A stretch of 64,000 nt of DNA from Paracoccaceae bacterium (GCA_045564995.1 JBJLGG010000001.1:7443-71442), one strand, 5' to 3'; counted from the stretch's first letter, positions 41,169-52,771 are shown. The notes: generated by a model from the sequence alone, not told the origin. Numbers and translations are program-made.

Positions 41169-42610
41169 AGCATCGTACACCTCAATTTTTACCAAATTTA
41201 GCGCGGAGAATGCTTCCATTCTCAGATGCAGCCAGTACAGATTTTCCGCTTGGTCAATTGTTGAGGTTATCCCTATTCCAAATATCCGTTGGTATGGCTA
41301 GTGTAATGCTTTTAGGTACATTAAATCGTGTAATGATAGTTGAGCTGAGTGTGCCAGCTCTTATCGTGGCAAGTATGATTGCACTGCCCGTTCTGATAGC
41401 ACCTTTTAGGGCTCTCTTAGGCTTCAGATCAGACAATTATCGATCTGCAATTGGATGGAAGCGGGTGCCCTACCTTTGGTTTGGTTCACTATGGCAAATG
41501 GGTGGCTTGGCTATAATGCCATTTTCTCTTATGGTCTTATCAGGCGATCAAACTTTGGGCCCAAGTTGGGCGGGTGAAGTTTTAGCTGCTCTGGCTTTTA
41601 TTATGACTGGAGTAGGTTTGCACATGACCCAAACTGCAGGATTGGCTCTGGCCAGTGACCGAGCTAGTGATGAAAATCGTCCAAGGGTAGTAGCATTACT
41701 GTATGTAATGTTTCTTGTCGGAATGGGGATTTCGGCTTTAATAATCGGGTGGTTGCTTCGGGATTTCTCAAGTTTACTATTGATTAGGGTTGTGCAAGGT
41801 GCTGCAATAGTTGGCTTGCTCCTAAATTTAATAGCTCTTTGGAAACAGGAAAGTATTAATCCAATGAGCAAAGAAGACCGATCATTGCCAAAACCAGCTT
41901 TCCGTGACGCTTGGTCAGATCTTATAAAAAGTGGACAAACCGCTCGACTAATCTGTGTTGTCTTTTTGGGAACAATTGCCTTCAATATGCAGGATGTTTT
42001 ACTGGAGCCGTTCGGTGGAGAAGTTTTAGGTCTTAGCGTGGGTAAAACAACCTGGCTGTCCGCTTCTTGGGCATTGGGAGCTCTGCTTGGTTTGGCCTAT
42101 GCTGCCCGCCGGTTGGATCATAATGGTGATCCAACTAGACTGATGCGAGGAGGCTTGATTGTTGGTTTGGTTGCCTTTCCAACAGTAATATTCTCTGCGC
42201 CATTAGGATCGGCATTATTATTTTTCATTGGCGCATTATTAATTGGATTTGGAGCTGGGTTGTTTTCAGTTGCTACTTTAATTTTAGCAATGACAATTCC
42301 AATCTCCGGTATAGCCGGTCGTGGTTTGGCGATCGGTGCTTGGGGCGCAGCCCAAGCCACGGCTGCAGGTATATCAATTGCATTGGGAGGTTTCTTAAGA
42401 GACTTTATTAATTACCACGCAATGCGTGGTGCATGGGGAGAGGCGCTCGCCACGCCTGCTACGGGATATTCATTTGTTTATCATAGCGAGATTGCTTTGC
42501 TCATTGTCACATTATTGGTTCTTCTTCCACTAATTCGGCAAGGGCAGCATATTGCCTCAAAAACTGATCACGGGTCTGCTGGCATTCGGCTTGCAGATTT
42601 CCCAATGTGA
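41165..42610 (+). CDS. lhaA: LH1 assembly protein LhaA (PucC family)
   Basis: Motifs [27 protein letters not shown] and GAWGAAQA. Lies between bchM and puhA. Confidence 0.9.
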   Translation: MKHRTPQFLPNLARRMLPFSDAASTDFPLGQLLRLSLFQISVGMASVMLLGTLNRVMIVELSVPALIVASMIALPVLIAPFRALLGFRSDNYRSAIGWKRVPYLWFGSLWQMGGLAIMPFSLMVLSGDQTLGPSWAGEVLAALAFIMTGVGLHMTQTAGLALASDRASDENRPRVVALLYVMFLVGMGISALIIGWLLRDFSSLLLIRVVQGAAIVGLLLNLIALWKQESINPMSKEDRSLPKPAFRDAWSDLIKSGQTARLICVVFLGTIAFNMQDVLLEPFGGEVLGLSVGKTTWLSASWALGALLGLAYAARRLDHNGDPTRLMRGGLIVGLVAFPTVIFSAPLGSALLFFIGALLIGFGAGLFSVATLILAMTIPISGIAGRGLAIGAWGAAQATAAGISIALGGFLRDFINYHAMRGAWGEALATPATGYSFVYHSEIALLIVTLLVLLPLIRQGQHIASKTDHGSAGIRLADFPM

Positions 42611-42638
42611 TCAGAGTGACCCTAGAAAGGAAACTAAA

Positions 42639-43406
42639 ATGACACCTACATATTTTGCAAATTTTGATCTGGCGAGTGCCGCCATATGGCTTTTCTGGAT
42701 TTTTTTCGCACTTCTAATCATTTACATACAGCGTGAAAATATGCGCGAAGGTTATCCGGCGGAAAATGATGATGGAACTGATGCACCCAATCGAGGCATG
42801 TATCCTATGCCAGATCCTAAGACATTTAAATTACCTCACGGTCGTGGCGAGGTAAGCGTGCCAAATACGAATGGCGAAAATCGTAAGATTGCCCTAGAGC
42901 AAACTAGTAAGGCGAATGGTTATCCTTTTGAGCCGACTGGGGATCCAATGAAAGATGGGGTTGGTCCAGCCTCATGGGCGGCAAGACGGGATGTGCCAGA
43001 GTTAGATGCGCACGGCCATCCAAAAATCATACCAATGTCTGCTAGTGGGCAATTTTCTGTTTCAGGTGGCAGGGATCCAAGAGATCTGCCAGTCGAGGCT
43101 GGAGATGGTACAATAGTTGGAAAAATTGCAGATATGTGGGTGGATGAACCTGAACAACTGGTGAGATATCTCGAAATAGAACTATCGCCAGCGCATGGAG
43201 ATGGTACTCGTTTGGTGCCAATGACATTGGCCAGAGTTCGTTCTAACCGTGTTACAGTAAAGTCTATTTTTGGATCGCATTTTGGAGATGTTCCAAAACA
43301 TAAGTCACCTAATCAAGTGACTTTGTTAGAGGAAGAGAAAATTTCAGCTTATTACGCTGGAGGTACTCTCTATGCATCCTCTGAGCGACTGGAGCCACAA
43401 ATATAG
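42639..43406 (+). CDS. puhA: Photosynthetic reaction centre H subunit
   Basis: FDLAS, one TM helix, [15 protein letters not shown] and [12 protein letters not shown]. Confidence 0.95.
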   Translation: MTPTYFANFDLASAAIWLFWIFFALLIIYIQRENMREGYPAENDDGTDAPNRGMYPMPDPKTFKLPHGRGEVSVPNTNGENRKIALEQTSKANGYPFEPTGDPMKDGVGPASWAARRDVPELDAHGHPKIIPMSASGQFSVSGGRDPRDLPVEAGDGTIVGKIADMWVDEPEQLVRYLEIELSPAHGDGTRLVPMTLARVRSNRVTVKSIFGSHFGDVPKHKSPNQVTLLEEEKISAYYAGGTLYASSERLEPQI

Positions 43407-43428
43407 GGAAATTAATGGGAGGGCCAAA

Positions 43429-44067
43429 ATGTCAGAAGATGATTTTGCAGTAGAACCGATAGAGGGATTGCCAGAACTTTTACCAAAAGGAGAAGTGATA
43501 CTTTGGCAGGGAAGACCGAATTGGTTGCAACTTACCATAGAGTCGTTGAATCTGTGGTGGATCATTGGGTATTTTGGCCTTTTAGCAACTTGGAGATTCC
43601 TTACGGTCATTGATTATATGCCACTAGGGACTGCGATTTCTGTAATTATACCATTTTTATTTATAGCGGCTTTTGCTGGGCTCTTGCTGTGTATTGTTGG
43701 CTATGTTCAGGCAAAAGCAACTTTGTACACAATAACTAACAAAAGAGTAGTAATGAGAATTGGAGCAGCTTTAACTATTACATTAAACTTACCTTTTACA
43801 AAGATTGATAATGCTGCAGTGGCAAAAAAGCGTGGGGGTTTTGGCAATATAGCGTTTGAGACCTCGGGAAGCACAAAGTTTTCTTATTTTGTCCTTTGGC
43901 CACACGCTCGATCCTGGCATTTTGGAAAGCCACAACCTACCCTCCGATGTATCCCTGAGATTGAAAAGGTGTCCTCAATTCTAGGGGAAGCTGCAAAATC
44001 AAGAATAATTGAGAAGGAAAACCATTCCCAACCCAATGCTCCTGGGGTGGGTGTGGTTGTGAACTAG
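43429..44067 (+). CDS. puhB: Photosynthetic complex assembly protein PuhB
   Basis: Motifs EPIEGLPELLPKGE..LWQG, YTITNKRVVMRIG and LWPHAR. Confidence 0.9.
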   Translation: MSEDDFAVEPIEGLPELLPKGEVILWQGRPNWLQLTIESLNLWWIIGYFGLLATWRFLTVIDYMPLGTAISVIIPFLFIAAFAGLLLCIVGYVQAKATLYTITNKRVVMRIGAALTITLNLPFTKIDNAAVAKKRGGFGNIAFETSGSTKFSYFVLWPHARSWHFGKPQPTLRCIPEIEKVSSILGEAAKSRIIEKENHSQPNAPGVGVVVN

Positions 44068-44075
44068 ATACCAAA

Positions 44076-44546
44076 ATGAATAATATCGCTATGCAAAACC
44101 GTCTGTCAGAAAAAATTCCTAAAGCAATGCTTCGAGTGATGTTTGCTTTGGTAGTCTTCATTCTCATTGCTGTTAGTTTTGCAAGAGTTAGTGGTTTGTC
44201 GCTTATGGGGACACCACCCCAGTCAGAAGTCCAAGCGAAAGCCTCTTTATATTTTCTTAATGAGGAAAATGGTGCAGTTAGAGTTCTGAGCTCTGACGGT
44301 GTTCTGCTCGCAAATTTGAGTGGTGAGGAGGGTGGATTTGTATCTGGTGTAGCCCGAGCCGTTGACCAAGAGCGTAGAAAACAAGGCGTTGAGTTGAATA
44401 CGCCAGTAGAAGTAATCTGGAGAGAAAATGGACGAATATCTGTCTATGATCCATCGACCGCATGGCAAGCGGACTTGATGGGATTTGGCGCTGACAATTC
44501 ACGCGCTTTTGCCATGCTTTTAGCCGAAGCAAAGAAAGGGGAATAA
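44076..44546 (+). CDS. puhC: Photosynthetic complex assembly protein PuhC
   Basis: One TM helix, GGFVSGV.R and L.GFGADN..AF. Confidence 0.88.
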   Translation: MNNIAMQNRLSEKIPKAMLRVMFALVVFILIAVSFARVSGLSLMGTPPQSEVQAKASLYFLNEENGAVRVLSSDGVLLANLSGEEGGFVSGVARAVDQERRKQGVELNTPVEVIWRENGRISVYDPSTAWQADLMGFGADNSRAFAMLLAEAKKGE

Positions 44547-44547
44547 A

Positions 44548-44844
44548 GTGGGAATATTTACTAGAGAAAAAGAAAAAGTACCATGTACTGTGGAAATCAG
44601 TCATAAGTTTGAGAGCCTCCACGCGCATGTACGTTTTAATAATGGAGCAGTCGTTCACCCAGGTGATGAAGTGCTTGTTGAAGGTCCAGAAATAATGGCA
44701 CCTTTTGGTGAAGTTGTTCAAGAAGATCGGAATGCGATAATTTTAAGGGCAAGCATTATTGAACGCTTGTGGACGAGAGCTACTGGTGATTTTGAGGTAA
44801 TGGAGCTATGCGAATTTTCTTTTTCTGAGGAGGCGACGCTATGA
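44548..44844 (+). CDS. Conserved PGC hypothetical protein between puhC and acsF
   Basis: Motifs CTVEISH.FESLHAHV, PGDEVLV and ELCEFSFS. Usual position in purple-bacterial PGCs. Confidence 0.8.
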   Translation: MGIFTREKEKVPCTVEISHKFESLHAHVRFNNGAVVHPGDEVLVEGPEIMAPFGEVVQEDRNAIILRASIIERLWTRATGDFEVMELCEFSFSEEATL

Positions 44845-45938
44845 ATAAGCACAGTGCAGACGCTACGACCGCAGAGGAAGCTTTAGCCATTCAAGAGACT
44901 TTAGATAGTGGTATGGCCACTGAAGTGGCAATGAAAAACACTTTGCTGACTCCACGGTTTTATACCACAGATTTTGATGAACTTGATGCAATTGACGTAA
45001 GCCATATCAGATCTGAGTGGGATCCATTGATAGAAAGAATGCTAAGCGATCCAAACAAGGGCCATTTCAAAAAAAATGATGACTGGGACCAGGTAGACTG
45101 GGATAATATGGAGCCGCAGCTAAAAAAAGAATTTATAGATTTTCTAATCAGTTCTTGCACCGCCGAATTTTCTGGTTGTGTTCTATACAAGGAAATGAAA
45201 CGGCGTGGATCTAATAAAGAAATCACGCAATTATTCCAACTCATGGCTAGGGATGAAGCTCGGCATGCTGGCTTCATTAATGATGCTCTAAGAGAGGCTG
45301 GAGTAGCAGTTAATCTTGGATTCTTAACTCAGAAAAAGAAATATACTTATTTTAGACCGAAGTTCATTTATTATGCGACCTACTTGTCTGAGAAGATTGG
45401 TTATGCTCGCTATATTACAATATTTCGGCATCTTCAGGAAAACCCTCAGCATCGGTTTCATCCAATCTTTAAGTGGTTCGAAGAGTGGTGTAATGATGAA
45501 TTTGCTCATGGAGAAGCATTTGCTCTTCTAATGAAGGCCGATCCAAAGCTTACTAAAGGCATAAATGTTTGGTGGATAAAGTTTTTCCTTACCGCGGTTT
45601 ATGCGACAATGTATATTAGAGATCATCAGAGGCCAGCATTCCATGCGGCATTGGGAGTGGATCCTGACTGGTATGCTCATGAAGTTTTTACAAAAACTTC
45701 CAAGCTCACTAAACAGATTTTTCCTATAACGCTGGATATTGAAAATCCACGCTGGAAAAGGGGTCTTGCAAGTATTCAAAAGGCGAATGAAGATCTTGCA
45801 GATGCCAAGTCCAAGGGTAAAAAGTTTGCTCAATTAACTTCTAGCATACGAGCTGGTGTGGCCTTCATAATGTTATTTACTATACCGAGTAAAAAGCACT
45901 CTGTTCCTACTGTCACAAGTTTGGAGCCAGCATACTAA
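44841..45938 (+). CDS. acsF: Aerobic Mg-protoporphyrin IX monomethyl ester cyclase
   Basis: Motifs LLTPRFYTTDF, SCTAEFSG, RDEARHAG and WCNDEFAHG (di-iron ExxH motifs). Confidence 0.95.
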   Translation: MNKHSADATTAEEALAIQETLDSGMATEVAMKNTLLTPRFYTTDFDELDAIDVSHIRSEWDPLIERMLSDPNKGHFKKNDDWDQVDWDNMEPQLKKEFIDFLISSCTAEFSGCVLYKEMKRRGSNKEITQLFQLMARDEARHAGFINDALREAGVAVNLGFLTQKKKYTYFRPKFIYYATYLSEKIGYARYITIFRHLQENPQHRFHPIFKWFEEWCNDEFAHGEAFALLMKADPKLTKGINVWWIKFFLTAVYATMYIRDHQRPAFHAALGVDPDWYAHEVFTKTSKLTKQIFPITLDIENPRWKRGLASIQKANEDLADAKSKGKKFAQLTSSIRAGVAFIMLFTIPSKKHSVPTVTSLEPAY

Positions 45939-46753
45939 TGTCCAATCCTATTGTAATAGCATGCCTGGTAGCAGTATTTAGTTGGTGGTTTTTTACCGGC
46001 GTTATACTGCTCCTTGTCCGCTATTCAGACAGTGCAAATTACCGGATCAGACAGCTTTATGCACTTTTTTCAGTACCCTTTATTTTAGTCGGTTTTTTAT
46101 TAGTATATTTTTCAGCACAATTCTCGTCGGTGTCAGCAGTCTATATATCATATCTTGGTGCTATGCTTGTATGGGGTTGGATTGAATATGTTTTCTTAAT
46201 TGGCATAATAACTGGGCCGAACATATCAAATTGTCCCAAAAATGTATCCAATGGAGAAAGATTTATCAGAGCTTGGGGCACGTTGGCCTATCATGAAATA
46301 GCACTTCTTTCTGCTTTTGGTATGATAGTTTATTTGGGTTGGTCTGGTGAAAATTTATTTGGTGTTTGGACTTTCGTAATTCTATATTTCGCTCGAATAT
46401 GTGCTAAATTAAATTTGTTTTTTGGTGTGCCTAGGGTAAATGTCGAATTTGTACCTGCAACCCTTGCTCACTTAACAAGTCATTTTAAAATATCAGCTTT
46501 AAACTGGTTTTTCCCATTTTCAGTTACAATTCTAACCTTTGCATTGGCTTGTTGGATTGAACGCTTATTATCAGTTGATCTGCTCAATCAAGTCATAGGC
46601 TTTACCTTGCTGTCATCTCTAACAGCGATGGCACTTTTAGAACATTGGGTAATGGTTTTACCCATTCCAGATGCCAAACTTTGGCGGTGGATGCTACCTC
46701 AAGAAAAACAAAAAGAAGAACACTTTCGTCGAAAGGATTACCATGGATTATGA
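45938..46753 (+). CDS. puhE: Photosynthetic complex assembly protein PuhE
   Basis: Motifs [21 protein letters not shown] and LEHW. Confidence 0.88.
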   Translation: MSNPIVIACLVAVFSWWFFTGVILLLVRYSDSANYRIRQLYALFSVPFILVGFLLVYFSAQFSSVSAVYISYLGAMLVWGWIEYVFLIGIITGPNISNCPKNVSNGERFIRAWGTLAYHEIALLSAFGMIVYLGWSGENLFGVWTFVILYFARICAKLNLFFGVPRVNVEFVPATLAHLTSHFKISALNWFFPFSVTILTFALACWIERLLSVDLLNQVIGFTLLSSLTAMALLEHWVMVLPIPDAKLWRWMLPQEKQKEEHFRRKDYHGL

Positions 46754-47957
46754 TGCAATTTTTGCCGCCCAACTCGATAAGTTAAAAGAGGAAGGGAATT
46801 ACAGAATTTTCGCAGAACTTGAGCGTCAGTCTGGAGCATTTCCAAAGGCAAAGAGTTATGATGATAATGCACCAAACGAAGTGACTGTCTGGTGCTCAAA
46901 TGATTATCTTGGCATGGGACAAAACCCCATAGTGCAGAATGCGATGAAGGATGTAATTGATTCTTGTGGCTGTGGTGCAGGTGGAACCAGAAATATTTCT
47001 GGTACCAACCACCATCACTTACTTCTAGAAAAGGAGTTGGCGGATCTCCATCATAAAGAGGCTGCGCTTTTATTTACTTCCGGATATGTGTCCAACTGGG
47101 CAGCGTTGAGTACTTTGGGGGCTCGCTTACCAAAGGCTGTTATTCTATCTGATGCAGCAAACCATGCGAGTATGATCGAAGGTATACGGCATTCAAGAGC
47201 TGAAAAAGTAATTTGGAGGCATAATGATCCAGATGACTTGGACAGGAAGCTTTCTGCCATCGATCGAGATCGTCCCAAGATTGTTGCATTTGAATCTGTT
47301 TATTCAATGGACGGAGACATTTGCCCAATGGAGGAGATTGTAGAGGTTGCAGAAAAGCATGGTGCAATGACCTACCTCGATGAAGTACATGCAGTTGGAC
47401 TGTATGGGCCCAGGGGTGGAGGAGTATCTGAACAACTAGGACTGTCCAATAGGATCACGCTAATTGAGGGCACCTTGGGAAAAGCTTTCGGTGTTTTGGG
47501 CGGCTATATTACCGGATCTGAGCATTTATGTGATTTTATTCGTTCATTTGCGAGCGGGTTTATTTTTACTACCGCTCTTCCTCCAGCCGTAGCAGCAGGG
47601 GCACGAGCTTCTGTAGCTCATTTAAAAATTTCTGGAGAGGAAAGATCGCGTCAGCGAGAACAGGTTGCAAAATTAAGAGCAGGCTTAGATAGAGCGGGCA
47701 TTCCACATATGGAAAACTCATCGCATATAATTCCTGTGATGATCAAGGACCCAATAAAATGCCGTCAGATATCTGACATACTGATGCATGAATACGGTAT
47801 TTATGTGCAGCCTATAAACTATCCAACGGTCCCAAAAGGAACCGAAAGATTAAGGTTTACGCCCTCACCTCTTCATTCCGATATCGATATAGAAAATCTG
47901 TTATACGCGTTAAGTACACTTTGGAAGCAATGCGCTGTATCAAGAGCGGTTGCCTAA
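46743..47957 (+). CDS. hemA: 5-aminolevulinate synthase
   Basis: Motifs [32 protein letters not shown] and QPINYPTV. Confidence 0.95.
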   Translation: MDYDAIFAAQLDKLKEEGNYRIFAELERQSGAFPKAKSYDDNAPNEVTVWCSNDYLGMGQNPIVQNAMKDVIDSCGCGAGGTRNISGTNHHHLLLEKELADLHHKEAALLFTSGYVSNWAALSTLGARLPKAVILSDAANHASMIEGIRHSRAEKVIWRHNDPDDLDRKLSAIDRDRPKIVAFESVYSMDGDICPMEEIVEVAEKHGAMTYLDEVHAVGLYGPRGGGVSEQLGLSNRITLIEGTLGKAFGVLGGYITGSEHLCDFIRSFASGFIFTTALPPAVAAGARASVAHLKISGEERSRQREQVAKLRAGLDRAGIPHMENSSHIIPVMIKDPIKCRQISDILMHEYGIYVQPINYPTVPKGTERLRFTPSPLHSDIDIENLLYALSTLWKQCAVSRAVA

Positions 47958-48022
47958 TAATTTGTAACGTTGACTTTATGCAATGAATGCTAATTTTCCG
48001 CTATGGAATGGTGGAGAGTTAA

Positions 48023-48442
48023 TTGAAGAAAATTTTGAATATTTTCACGGTACTATTGTTGTTTCCATTTAGCCCAGTCGCTGCTGGTGATATCGCAAAA
48101 GGCGCGAAAAAATTCAAAAAGTGTAAATCTTGCCACATGATAGTTGATGATAGCGGAAGGACGATTGTCAAGGGTGGTAGGAATGGTCCCAATCTCTATG
48201 GTATTTTTGGAAGAACGGCAGGTAGCATTGATGGCTTCAAGTATGGAAAGAGTCTGGCAACTTTAGGAAAATCAGGTTTCGTTTGGTCAGAGTATGAGTT
48301 TGTTGCTTATGTAGCAGATCCTAAAAAGTATCTAGTTGATAAACTGGATGATAAAAAAGCTAGATCCAAAATGTCTTATAAATTAAAGAACGAGGCTGAT
48401 GCACTTAATATCTGGGCTTATTTGGAGTCCATTTCTAAATAA
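48023..48442 (+). CDS. cycA: Cytochrome c2
   Basis: Signal peptide, CKSCH heme motif, GPNLYG and the SKM axial Met. Confidence 0.88.
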   Translation: MKKILNIFTVLLLFPFSPVAAGDIAKGAKKFKKCKSCHMIVDDSGRTIVKGGRNGPNLYGIFGRTAGSIDGFKYGKSLATLGKSGFVWSEYEFVAYVADPKKYLVDKLDDKKARSKMSYKLKNEADALNIWAYLESISK

Positions 48443-48471
48443 TTTTACAAGTTTTTAATTTGAAAAGTTTA

Positions 48472-49320
48472 CTAAGCAGTGCTCCTAAGTATTGATGACA
48501 CTACGCTGGGATCCTCTTCATGCATTAGATGTCCCAGATCCTTGTATTCCGTAAGCATCGAGTTGAGCATTACTTTTTTCCAACTTTTTGAAATGTGTGA
48601 CGGAACAGTTTTATCTTTCCTTCCAACTAAGAAATGAATAGGCTCAGTGTCCTGAGGTAGCTGATCAAGAAAATTACCAAGATCCCAATCTGCCATAAGT
48701 TGTAGAGTGCCATCTACATGCTCGGGACTACTAAAGAGGTACTGATAACAACGTATTTGCTCTTCTGGAATTATGGAGCCTGTACTATCAAGTAACTTTC
48801 TGACTAATTCTTCCTTATTCGCGAGTAGATTTAACAATCTTGCTGAAATAGTCGTAGAGGCAGCAATTTTTGCAAAATAAGGAAAGGCTATGCCGGCCAG
48901 TCCTGAAAATTGCCCAAATGCAGCATTAATAGCTATAGTATTTGTCTTGGTTCCCATTTTTTTAGCTAGTTCATACGCAATGGCTGCGCCGGCGGAATGC
49001 CCTAATATTAAATCGGGATAGAAATCTATTTCTTTGAGTAGAGAATTAATCTGGTCAACAATAATGTTCAGTTGTTTTTTTTGTCTTGTGAGTGCCCTGG
49101 TGAATCCGTGTCCAGGCAAATCCAAGGATAATATTTCGAACTCTAGTTTAAGAGTTTCAGTCAATGGAAACCAGCTATGTGAAGAAGCTCCAGTGCCGTG
49201 AATAAGCAATAATCGTGTGCTGCCAGCTCCAAATTTCTGAATGTGCCAAGCGTAATTATCTACGCCAATGAATTTGGACTTTTCTCTGTTTGGCCACCAG
49301 TTTGGTATAAGTTCTATCAC
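48472..49320 (-). CDS. bchO: BchO alpha/beta hydrolase
   Basis: Motifs HGTGASSHSW, DLPGHGFT, GHSAG and GHLMHEE. Follows bchD. Confidence 0.88.
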   Translation of the reverse strand: MIELIPNWWPNREKSKFIGVDNYAWHIQKFGAGSTRLLLIHGTGASSHSWFPLTETLKLEFEILSLDLPGHGFTRALTRQKKQLNIIVDQINSLLKEIDFYPDLILGHSAGAAIAYELAKKMGTKTNTIAINAAFGQFSGLAGIAFPYFAKIAASTTISARLLNLLANKEELVRKLLDSTGSIIPEEQIRCYQYLFSSPEHVDGTLQLMADWDLGNFLDQLPQDTEPIHFLVGRKDKTVPSHISKSWKKVMLNSMLTEYKDLGHLMHEEDPSVVSSILRSTA

Positions 49321-50996
49321 GCTTTTTCCAAAGATATTTTGAGCGATTCTGAAAGATCTCTCGCATTGGCTCTCGGTAGATTTATATACTGTGCATTCAT
49401 CAAATTTGCCAAATCAGAAAGGTTTGGATTTGATTTTCGACTTACATCAATAAAAACTGCAGAAATTTTATTTTCACAACCTACTTTGGCTATTTTTTGG
49501 GCATCATCCATCGCTGGATTGCGTCCTGGGTTTCCGGCCAGATCTATGTTTGCTTTCCCGTCAGTAAGTACAGCCATTACAGGCGTCTTGCCACTTTGCC
49601 GCGAGCGCTCCGCCAATGTTAGAGCCTTTTCCAAGCCGGATGCCAAAGGAGTGCCGCCCCCAGCTGCAAAAGAAGACAAGTTCTTTTTTGCCTGAACTAA
49701 GGAACGTGTTGGTTCTAGTAGAACCTGTGCAAATTGCCCTCTAAACCCAATTAAAGCAACGAAGTCTCTTTTTGAATATGCATTAGCAAGCATGAGCTCT
49801 ACGGCACCTTTGGCTTCTGCCAACCGAGCCACTGCTGCTGACCCAGATGCATCTACTACAAAAATAATTACGCGTTCTGACCGATTGTGAAATTGCTGGA
49901 TTTGTAAATCCCCTGGAAGTATAATCAACCCTTTTCGGCCTGGCTGCTGCATTTTTCTCATTTTTTGCCATGGAGCTGCATTTCGTAATGTGGATAAGAT
50001 TTCTATTCTTTCTTGGCCGTTTGGCCTGCCATTGGTAGATGGTTTCGGACGTCCGCGAACTTTAGCTTTTATTTTAGAGCCAAACCCGTTTTTACTACTA
50101 TTTAATGCTCTTTTATTTTGAATTTTTAGGTGTTTAATCAAATCGCTGGGTAGTTTTGCTTTTACCGCTTCAATAATCATATCTTGCAAAAGTTTCGTTT
50201 GATCATCATGCGTTAAGTCATCGCCTTCATCCCTCTCAGATGTTTCGATTTCCTCATTAGTATCATCGGTTTGGTCTGGCTCATCGCTTTGCATTATTAT
50301 AGCTCTGTGAGCTAAGACCATAACACTAGCGAGTTCTAAGTCGCTATTAGAGACGAAGTCACGGCCATCAAGGAGTGACAAAAATTGCGCAGCCTTTTGA
50401 GCCATGATAACGGGCCGGATGCTATATATACCAAGCTTTATTGCTGAAAGTACAAGCGCTTTGCGTTGGTTATCGGTTATTGCCGTGCGACGAATATTGC
50501 TATCAAATGTTGAAGGTTCTGACGGTTCAAAGTCACAATGCCTTACGTTTACCAAATCAACCTGGAACGCAAGCCTATCTGAAATCTTATGTAAAACGTT
50601 AGGATCATCTTGCCGGGAATCATCAAAAATTAAGATGGGACCAATTTTTTTTTCATCCATTTGCTTGCACATTACGGCTTGATTTTCTAAGGGTAATTTT
50701 TCACCCATAACTTGAATAAACCAACCCGGTTTTTCTAATAAGCCAGACTGGGTCACGAGTTTACCCTCTGACATCGTGGAAATGGCGTCTATCCCACCTG
50801 TGAGATCTTTCAGTGTATAAAAAGGTTGGAGGATTGTTGTAGGTATTTTTTCAGATTTGAAGAGGCCCCTAAGATGAGACATATGGGCCTCACTGGCATT
50901 TTTAAAAACTATTCCTCCGAAGGCTTGCGGAGCTGATGAGCATAAATTTAGTGCTGTTTCCGTGAGTTTAGAAATGTCCATGTAATCTTCTGGCAT
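49317..50996 (-). CDS. bchD: Magnesium chelatase subunit D
   Basis: Acidic linker, TLRNAAPWQ, and a vWA domain (VDASGS, GGGTPLA, TDGKAN). Confidence 0.92.
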   Translation of the reverse strand: MPEDYMDISKLTETALNLCSSAPQAFGGIVFKNASEAHMSHLRGLFKSEKIPTTILQPFYTLKDLTGGIDAISTMSEGKLVTQSGLLEKPGWFIQVMGEKLPLENQAVMCKQMDEKKIGPILIFDDSRQDDPNVLHKISDRLAFQVDLVNVRHCDFEPSEPSTFDSNIRRTAITDNQRKALVLSAIKLGIYSIRPVIMAQKAAQFLSLLDGRDFVSNSDLELASVMVLAHRAIIMQSDEPDQTDDTNEEIETSERDEGDDLTHDDQTKLLQDMIIEAVKAKLPSDLIKHLKIQNKRALNSSKNGFGSKIKAKVRGRPKPSTNGRPNGQERIEILSTLRNAAPWQKMRKMQQPGRKGLIILPGDLQIQQFHNRSERVIIFVVDASGSAAVARLAEAKGAVELMLANAYSKRDFVALIGFRGQFAQVLLEPTRSLVQAKKNLSSFAAGGGTPLASGLEKALTLAERSRQSGKTPVMAVLTDGKANIDLAGNPGRNPAMDDAQKIAKVGCENKISAVFIDVSRKSNPNLSDLANLMNAQYINLPRANARDLSESLKISLEKA

Positions 50997-50998
50997 TT

Positions 50999-52003
50999 TT
51001 ACCCTATTATTTTTTCAACTGATCTTTCTACCCTTGTTCCTGATCCAGCGTCATCGAGTGGATCTCTTCGCAATCTATGACTTAAAGCCATAGGGGCGAT
51101 TTTTCTTACTTGCCCAATATCCACACTTTTTTTACCGTTTAGTGCCGCTAATGCTCTTGCGGTTCTGACTAGGGTAAGTTCTCCTCTTAGACCATCACTA
51201 CCCAACTCGATGCAGATTTTTGCACAACATTCAAGAATACTAGTGTCCACAGAAACGGAATATAGATTTTTTTTTGCTCTCTGAATTTTAGTCCTTAATT
51301 TTTTGTTCTCTTTGTCCCAAGATTTTGCGTATTCATCAGGATTGCTATCGTAATCATCTCTTCTTTTTATAACTTCAATACGCTCATCAACGGTATCTGG
51401 TGTTAAAACCTCAACAGATAATCCAAATCGATCAAGAAGCTGAGGCCTAAGTTCTCCTTCTTCTGGATTTCCTGATCCGATTAAAATAAACTGCGACGCG
51501 TGCCGGATAGATAAACCTTCTCGTTCCACAACATTTTCACCTGATTGAGCGACGTCCAAGAGTAAATCTACAAGATGATCTTCTAACAGGTTTACTTCAT
51601 CTATATAGAGATATCCTCGATTTGCTTTCGCTAGTAGACCCGTTTGAAACCTCTTTTTACCCTCGATTAAAGCGTATTCTATATCCAAAGCACCAGTTAT
51701 GCGGTCGGAGCTAATACCTAGTGGCAAGTCGACTACAGGAGTATTTATTCTATGTGTTTTTTTTGACGCTGTATCTACCCAATCTGGGACGTCTATGTGG
51801 TGCTCTGAGTTCACTGGGCAGCCAGTTATTACTTTAATAGGTGGTAAAAGATCAGCAAAAGCTCTTATGGCCGTCGACTTTCCGGTTCCTCTATCTCCAA
51901 ACACTAGAACACCGCCAATTTTTGGATCAATGGCGGTTAGAACTAACGCTAACTTCATATTATCTTGGCCAACTATTGCCGAAAATGGAAAGGGAGTATT
52001 CAT
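50999..52003 (-). CDS. bchI: Magnesium chelatase subunit I
   Basis: Motifs FPFSAIVGQ, GDRGTGKST, YIDEVNLL and LLDRFGL. Confidence 0.95.
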   Translation of the reverse strand: MNTPFPFSAIVGQDNMKLALVLTAIDPKIGGVLVFGDRGTGKSTAIRAFADLLPPIKVITGCPVNSEHHIDVPDWVDTASKKTHRINTPVVDLPLGISSDRITGALDIEYALIEGKKRFQTGLLAKANRGYLYIDEVNLLEDHLVDLLLDVAQSGENVVEREGLSIRHASQFILIGSGNPEEGELRPQLLDRFGLSVEVLTPDTVDERIEVIKRRDDYDSNPDEYAKSWDKENKKLRTKIQRAKKNLYSVSVDTSILECCAKICIELGSDGLRGELTLVRTARALAALNGKKSVDIGQVRKIAPMALSHRLRRDPLDDAGSGTRVERSVEKIIG

Positions 52004-52005
52004 CT

Positions 52006-52707
52006 TTATATTTCCTGATTATTTAATTCGCCAAGAGCCGGCCAATATCCTTCAACTTTTTTAACTCGAAATCGAGCGTATAATTCCTCTTTGAACCAAT
52101 TTCCACTTCTGACTTTGTCGATTGCTTCACGATGAGGTCCACTCAAATGAGCAAATTTTTTCATCGAGTTCAAATTAGGCCAGATCGAAAAAGTTAATTG
52201 TTGGCGCAATGGAACCTCACCTAATCCAACTTTAAACATTACATCAGTGTTATTTCCTATTCTTTGACTAATCGAAGGGGACTGCTGCCAAAAATTTATT
52301 AGTTTTGTCCAACGAACAGTAGCCCTAGTTAAGATCGCAATTGGACCTTTTATTGCCGTAGAGGTAACAGAAAATGGTTCGTTATCAGACCATTTGCCAC
52401 GAGAGGAGACAGCCTCCATATAGATTGTTGCATATTCAACTGATTGTGATTTATACCGCAAAAATATTTTAGAATTATTTGTAAATTCCAACGCTTCCTC
52501 TGGGGTATCCCACACGCACAATATAGCGTAGACCCCTAAATTAGGAATTGGCGTGAATCCTTGGTCTGTCCCGGAACCTAATAGCTTCCAGAAACGTAAA
52601 TTATTCAACTTTTTGAGTTTTTGCCTAGCGAGTCCCATCATGGCAAAGGCCCAAAGTTGGCGCATTACCCCGTCGAAACGATAAAGGCTTATAGTTACCG
52701 TCTGTAT
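52006..52707 (-). CDS. crtA: Spheroidene monooxygenase, apparent ATA start
   Basis: Motifs QTVTISLYRF, FWKLLGSG..GFTP, GLGEVP and WFKEELYARF. SD GGAGG lies 6 nt before the ATA at 52707. Confidence 0.88.
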   Translation of the reverse strand: MQTVTISLYRFDGVMRQLWAFAMMGLARQKLKKLNNLRFWKLLGSGTDQGFTPIPNLGVYAILCVWDTPEEALEFTNNSKIFLRYKSQSVEYATIYMEAVSSRGKWSDNEPFSVTSTAIKGPIAILTRATVRWTKLINFWQQSPSISQRIGNNTDVMFKVGLGEVPLRQQLTFSIWPNLNSMKKFAHLSGPHREAIDKVRSGNWFKEELYARFRVKKVEGYWPALGELNNQEI

Positions 52708-52771
52708 AATATGCCTCCGATTAACAAAACATAGCAGGGATTGCCCGTAGTGAACCACAAAAGACATCTAT

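Noticed and set aside
47970-47983. FnrL-like site TTGACTTTATGCAA upstream of cycA
   Set aside because: It has several mismatches to TTGAT-N4-ATCAA, and TTGACT is explained equally well as a -35 element.
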